This document shows positions 61,112-64,000 of a DNA stretch of 64,000 nt, piece after piece. The translations under genes were made by a program, and so were the position numbers. Source of the stretch: Entomortierella parvispora E1425 (Eukaryota; Fungi; Mortierellomycota). How positions within the stretch are numbered: position 1 is the stretch's first letter; each line of letters begins with the position of its first letter. Location of the stretch: the NCBI GenBank assembly GCA_020891255.1, contig BQFW01000004.1:1178001-1242000 (forward strand), given 5' to 3'. The notes below the pieces were generated by a model. The model was not told the origin of the DNA. It worked only from the letters and a program-made list of their open reading frames with translations, and searched no databases.

Positions 61112-64000
61112 AAACCAAAGACCAACAGACTAGTTTTAGTAGTAGCACGTCTCAAAAGAATACAAATCTTTTTGAAGTCCCATTGTTGCGTGTCCACGAT
61201 CTAAAAGAGTCCATCCAGAAATTCCTTGAGCCCACCCCCACTCCTGACCACCAAGCACCACCCTCATCCTCTCCCCACAAAACGCGACCAATCCGACTTC
61301 TATCATTCCAGACCTTCTTCCGGAACTCCCGCCGACTCCTCACTTTCACCGCCGCTGTCAACGGACGCCCAGCCCGCATTCTCATCGACGGTGGTGCGGA
61401 AGGAAACGTTATCAGTCAGAGCTATTGCCGTGCCAACAAAATCAGCCTCCAAGAAGGGGACCCCATCCCAGTCATTCTCCCCAATGGTAACGCAACCCTC
61501 ACCCACCACACTGCCTCCATCGACTTCAAGCGTGGCACTTACTCCGACAACATCGAAGCCATCGTGTATCCCTTACGAAAATATGACCTTATCCTTGGCA
61601 AACCATGGTTGACCGCCATCGATCCTCGTGTCAGCTATCGCACCAACGACGTCGAATTCTAACACAATGGAGTACACACCCACTGGACTTGCACCGGATT
61701 CTCAACCCCTGCCAAACAAAAACAGAAGAACACCACTCGCCTACTCTCCGCCATTAACTTCATTGCTACCGCCCAAGACCCCTCTCACACGATCTACCTC
61801 GCCCACGTCAAATTCGCCCCCACCCCCACAGACACCCCTACCGACACAAGCACCAGCCCAGACCAAACTCCAGACCAAACCCCTACTCCCAAACCCCTCC
61901 CAAATGCCATCCGCCACCTTGTACACGTTGAGTTCCCCGATGTCTTCCCCGATGATCTCCCACCAGGACTTCCCCCAGATCGCGGCACTGAAATCCACAT
62001 CGATACCGACCCCAACGCTGACCCACCTGTCCGACCAGTCATCCGCCTATCAATGGCTGAACTTGATGAGCTCCAGCGACAACTGCAAGACCTCCTCCAC
62101 AAAGGCTTTATCTCCCCCAGCATTTCGCCTTTCGGTGCCCCTGTTCTTTTCACCAAAAAAAAAGATGGTGGCCTACGTCTTTGCATTGATTACCGTGGAT
62201 TGAATCGCATCACCCGCAAAAATCGTCACCCTCTGCCCCGTATCGACGAACTGATCGACCGCTTCAAGACCGCCCGGTTCTTCAGCAAACTGGACCTCCG
62301 ATCTGGCTACTATCAGATGCAAATCCACCCCGACGATCGCCACAAGACCGCTTTTCGCACACGGTACGGCCATTAATGCACCAGCATGGTTCTCAACCCT
62401 CATGCGGACAGCCCTCGCGCCTGTCATTGACAAATGTGTAGTACTCTATCTTGATGACATCCTGATCTATTCGGACACAGAAGAGGAACACATCGAGGAT
62501 ATCCGCAAGGTCCTGACCCTCCTACGAGAACATCGCCTCTACGCCAAGTTATCGAAATGCTCTTTCATGCAAGAAGAAACAGAGTTTTTGGGCCACATCA
62601 TATCCAAGGACGGTATCAAAACCAATGGAGGATTGGTCAAGGCAATACGTGAATGGCCTCAACCCAGGACACTCCGTGAGCTCTTGCAATTCCTTGGCCT
62701 TGCCAACTTCTACCGCCAGTATGTCAAAGGATACGCAGATATTGCACTGCCCCTCACAGAGCTGTTGAATCGTACAACCCCCTTCACCTGGTCCAGAAAA
62801 GCTCAAGCCGCCTTCATCAAACTTAAAACTGCGATCACTTCAGCCCCTGTTCTCCGAATTTTTGATCCCGCCTTGTCCACCGCGATCGACACCGATGCCT
62901 CAGGGTTCGCCATTGGTGCTGTCCTCTTCCAGACCGACCAATTTGGCAGATCTAGGCCTGTCGCCTTCACATCCCGCAAACTCAACCCGGCTGAGCGCGG
63001 TGGTCCATGCCCTTCGCACTTGGCGATACTATCTCGATGGATCTCACTTCATAGTGTACACGGACCACGCCACCCTCCAACACTTTCCCACTCAACCCAA
63101 CCTTACCAGGCGACAAGCCCGCTGGATGGAGTTGCTACAGGAGTACAATTTCGACTTCCGGTACAAACGAGGTGTAGACAACATAGTGCCCGACGCCCTG
63201 TCCAGAAGACCAGACCACCAAGACAAACCACCAGATCAAACATCCCCAGCATCCCTGCAGGTGGACATCGACCCCTCACTTCACGATCAACTACGCCAGG
63301 GATACGCCAATGACCCAAAATGTATGAAGATCATGGAGTTATACAAAGACGCCGCCTCTACAGACCGCTACTTCCTCAGTGAGGGTCTTTTGTTCACCAA
63401 TATTGCAGGACGCACTCGGCTATGCATCCACGACAACGACAAAATTCGGAACCAGCTCCTACACGACGCCCACGACTCCAAACTGGCAGGACACCTCGGA
63501 TTCGACAAGACCTACGACCTCCTCTGCAGGCGCTTTTACTGGCCCCGCCTGGCCAAAGACACAAAAGCGTACGTCCTATCATGCGACCTCTGCCAGAGGA
63601 ACAAACCATCCCTACAACAACCAGCGGGACTCTATATGCCACTTGCGATCCCAGGACAACGATGGGATACGGTCTCTATGGATTTTATTGTCAAACTACC
63701 AAAGACAGCCCGTGGCTACGATGCGATCACTGTCTTCGTCGATAAACTGTCAAAACAAGTCCATTTCTGCCCAAGCGTATCTTCTTCCGCGAAGTCTTCC
63801 GTCTCCATGGCATGCCCCGAGCAATCGTCTCCGACCGCGACTCACGATTCACAGGCCACTTCTGGACCACCCTCATGGGCGTTATGGACACCAAACTCGA
63901 TATGTCAACCGCGTTCCATCCCCAATCGGACGGTCAAACAGAGCGAGCCAACCGTACACTAGAAGAGATGCTACGCGCCTATATCTCGTACAACCAAAAA

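Larger units (their letters stand above)
58758..64000 (+). mobile_element. Degenerate Ty3/Gypsy element 3: 5' LTR-B (58758-58955), PBS, gag, pol; continues past the window edge
   Basis: LTR then PBS. Gag with KPEPYTG...WDTF, PTPMDL and a CCHC knuckle CFRCRQPGHRSKDC. Pol with LIDGGA, YLDD, DTDAS and SMDF. Contains a nonsense codon at 61660, a gag frameshift at ~60895, and several deletions. Confidence 0.92.

Noticed and set aside
1-64000. CRISPR array, tRNA or rRNA genes
   Set aside because: No regularly spaced direct repeats with unique spacers, no cloverleaf with T-loop consensus outside coding DNA, and no rRNA-like sequence were found.

Overview
Gene-dense, intron-containing fungal chromosome segment. 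The Mortierellaceae (Mucoromycota) assignment is an inference from gene families and intron style. Bases ~3.5-53.1 kb hold about 18 tightly packed genes: PAXX-like, cyclophilin H, POP3/RPP38, TyrRS with an EMAP-II domain, MSS116, VPS17, mtHsp70, SFP1, promethin-like, FAT1, GCN3, a small orphan, an F-box/LRR protein, HemK/MTQ1, a LIM-C1-RhoGAP, ZW10, SHPRH, a Pan1/intersectin-like EH-SH3-DH-PH-C2 protein, and MED15. The left edge (1-3282, minus strand) holds the 5' ~980 codons of a large, frameshifted gene. It resembles a Mortierellaceae family whose C-termini I recall carrying TnpB/Fanzor-like RuvC motifs; that end lies outside the window. From 53286 to the right edge there is a nest of Ty3/Gypsy chromovirus-type retroelements with LTRs, PBS, PPT, a TSD-flanked solo LTR, a -1 frameshift signal and repeated short deletions. 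No tRNA, rRNA or CRISPR array was found. Exon boundaries were called by eye from GT-AG sites and frame continuity. Family names come from motif recognition, not database searches.
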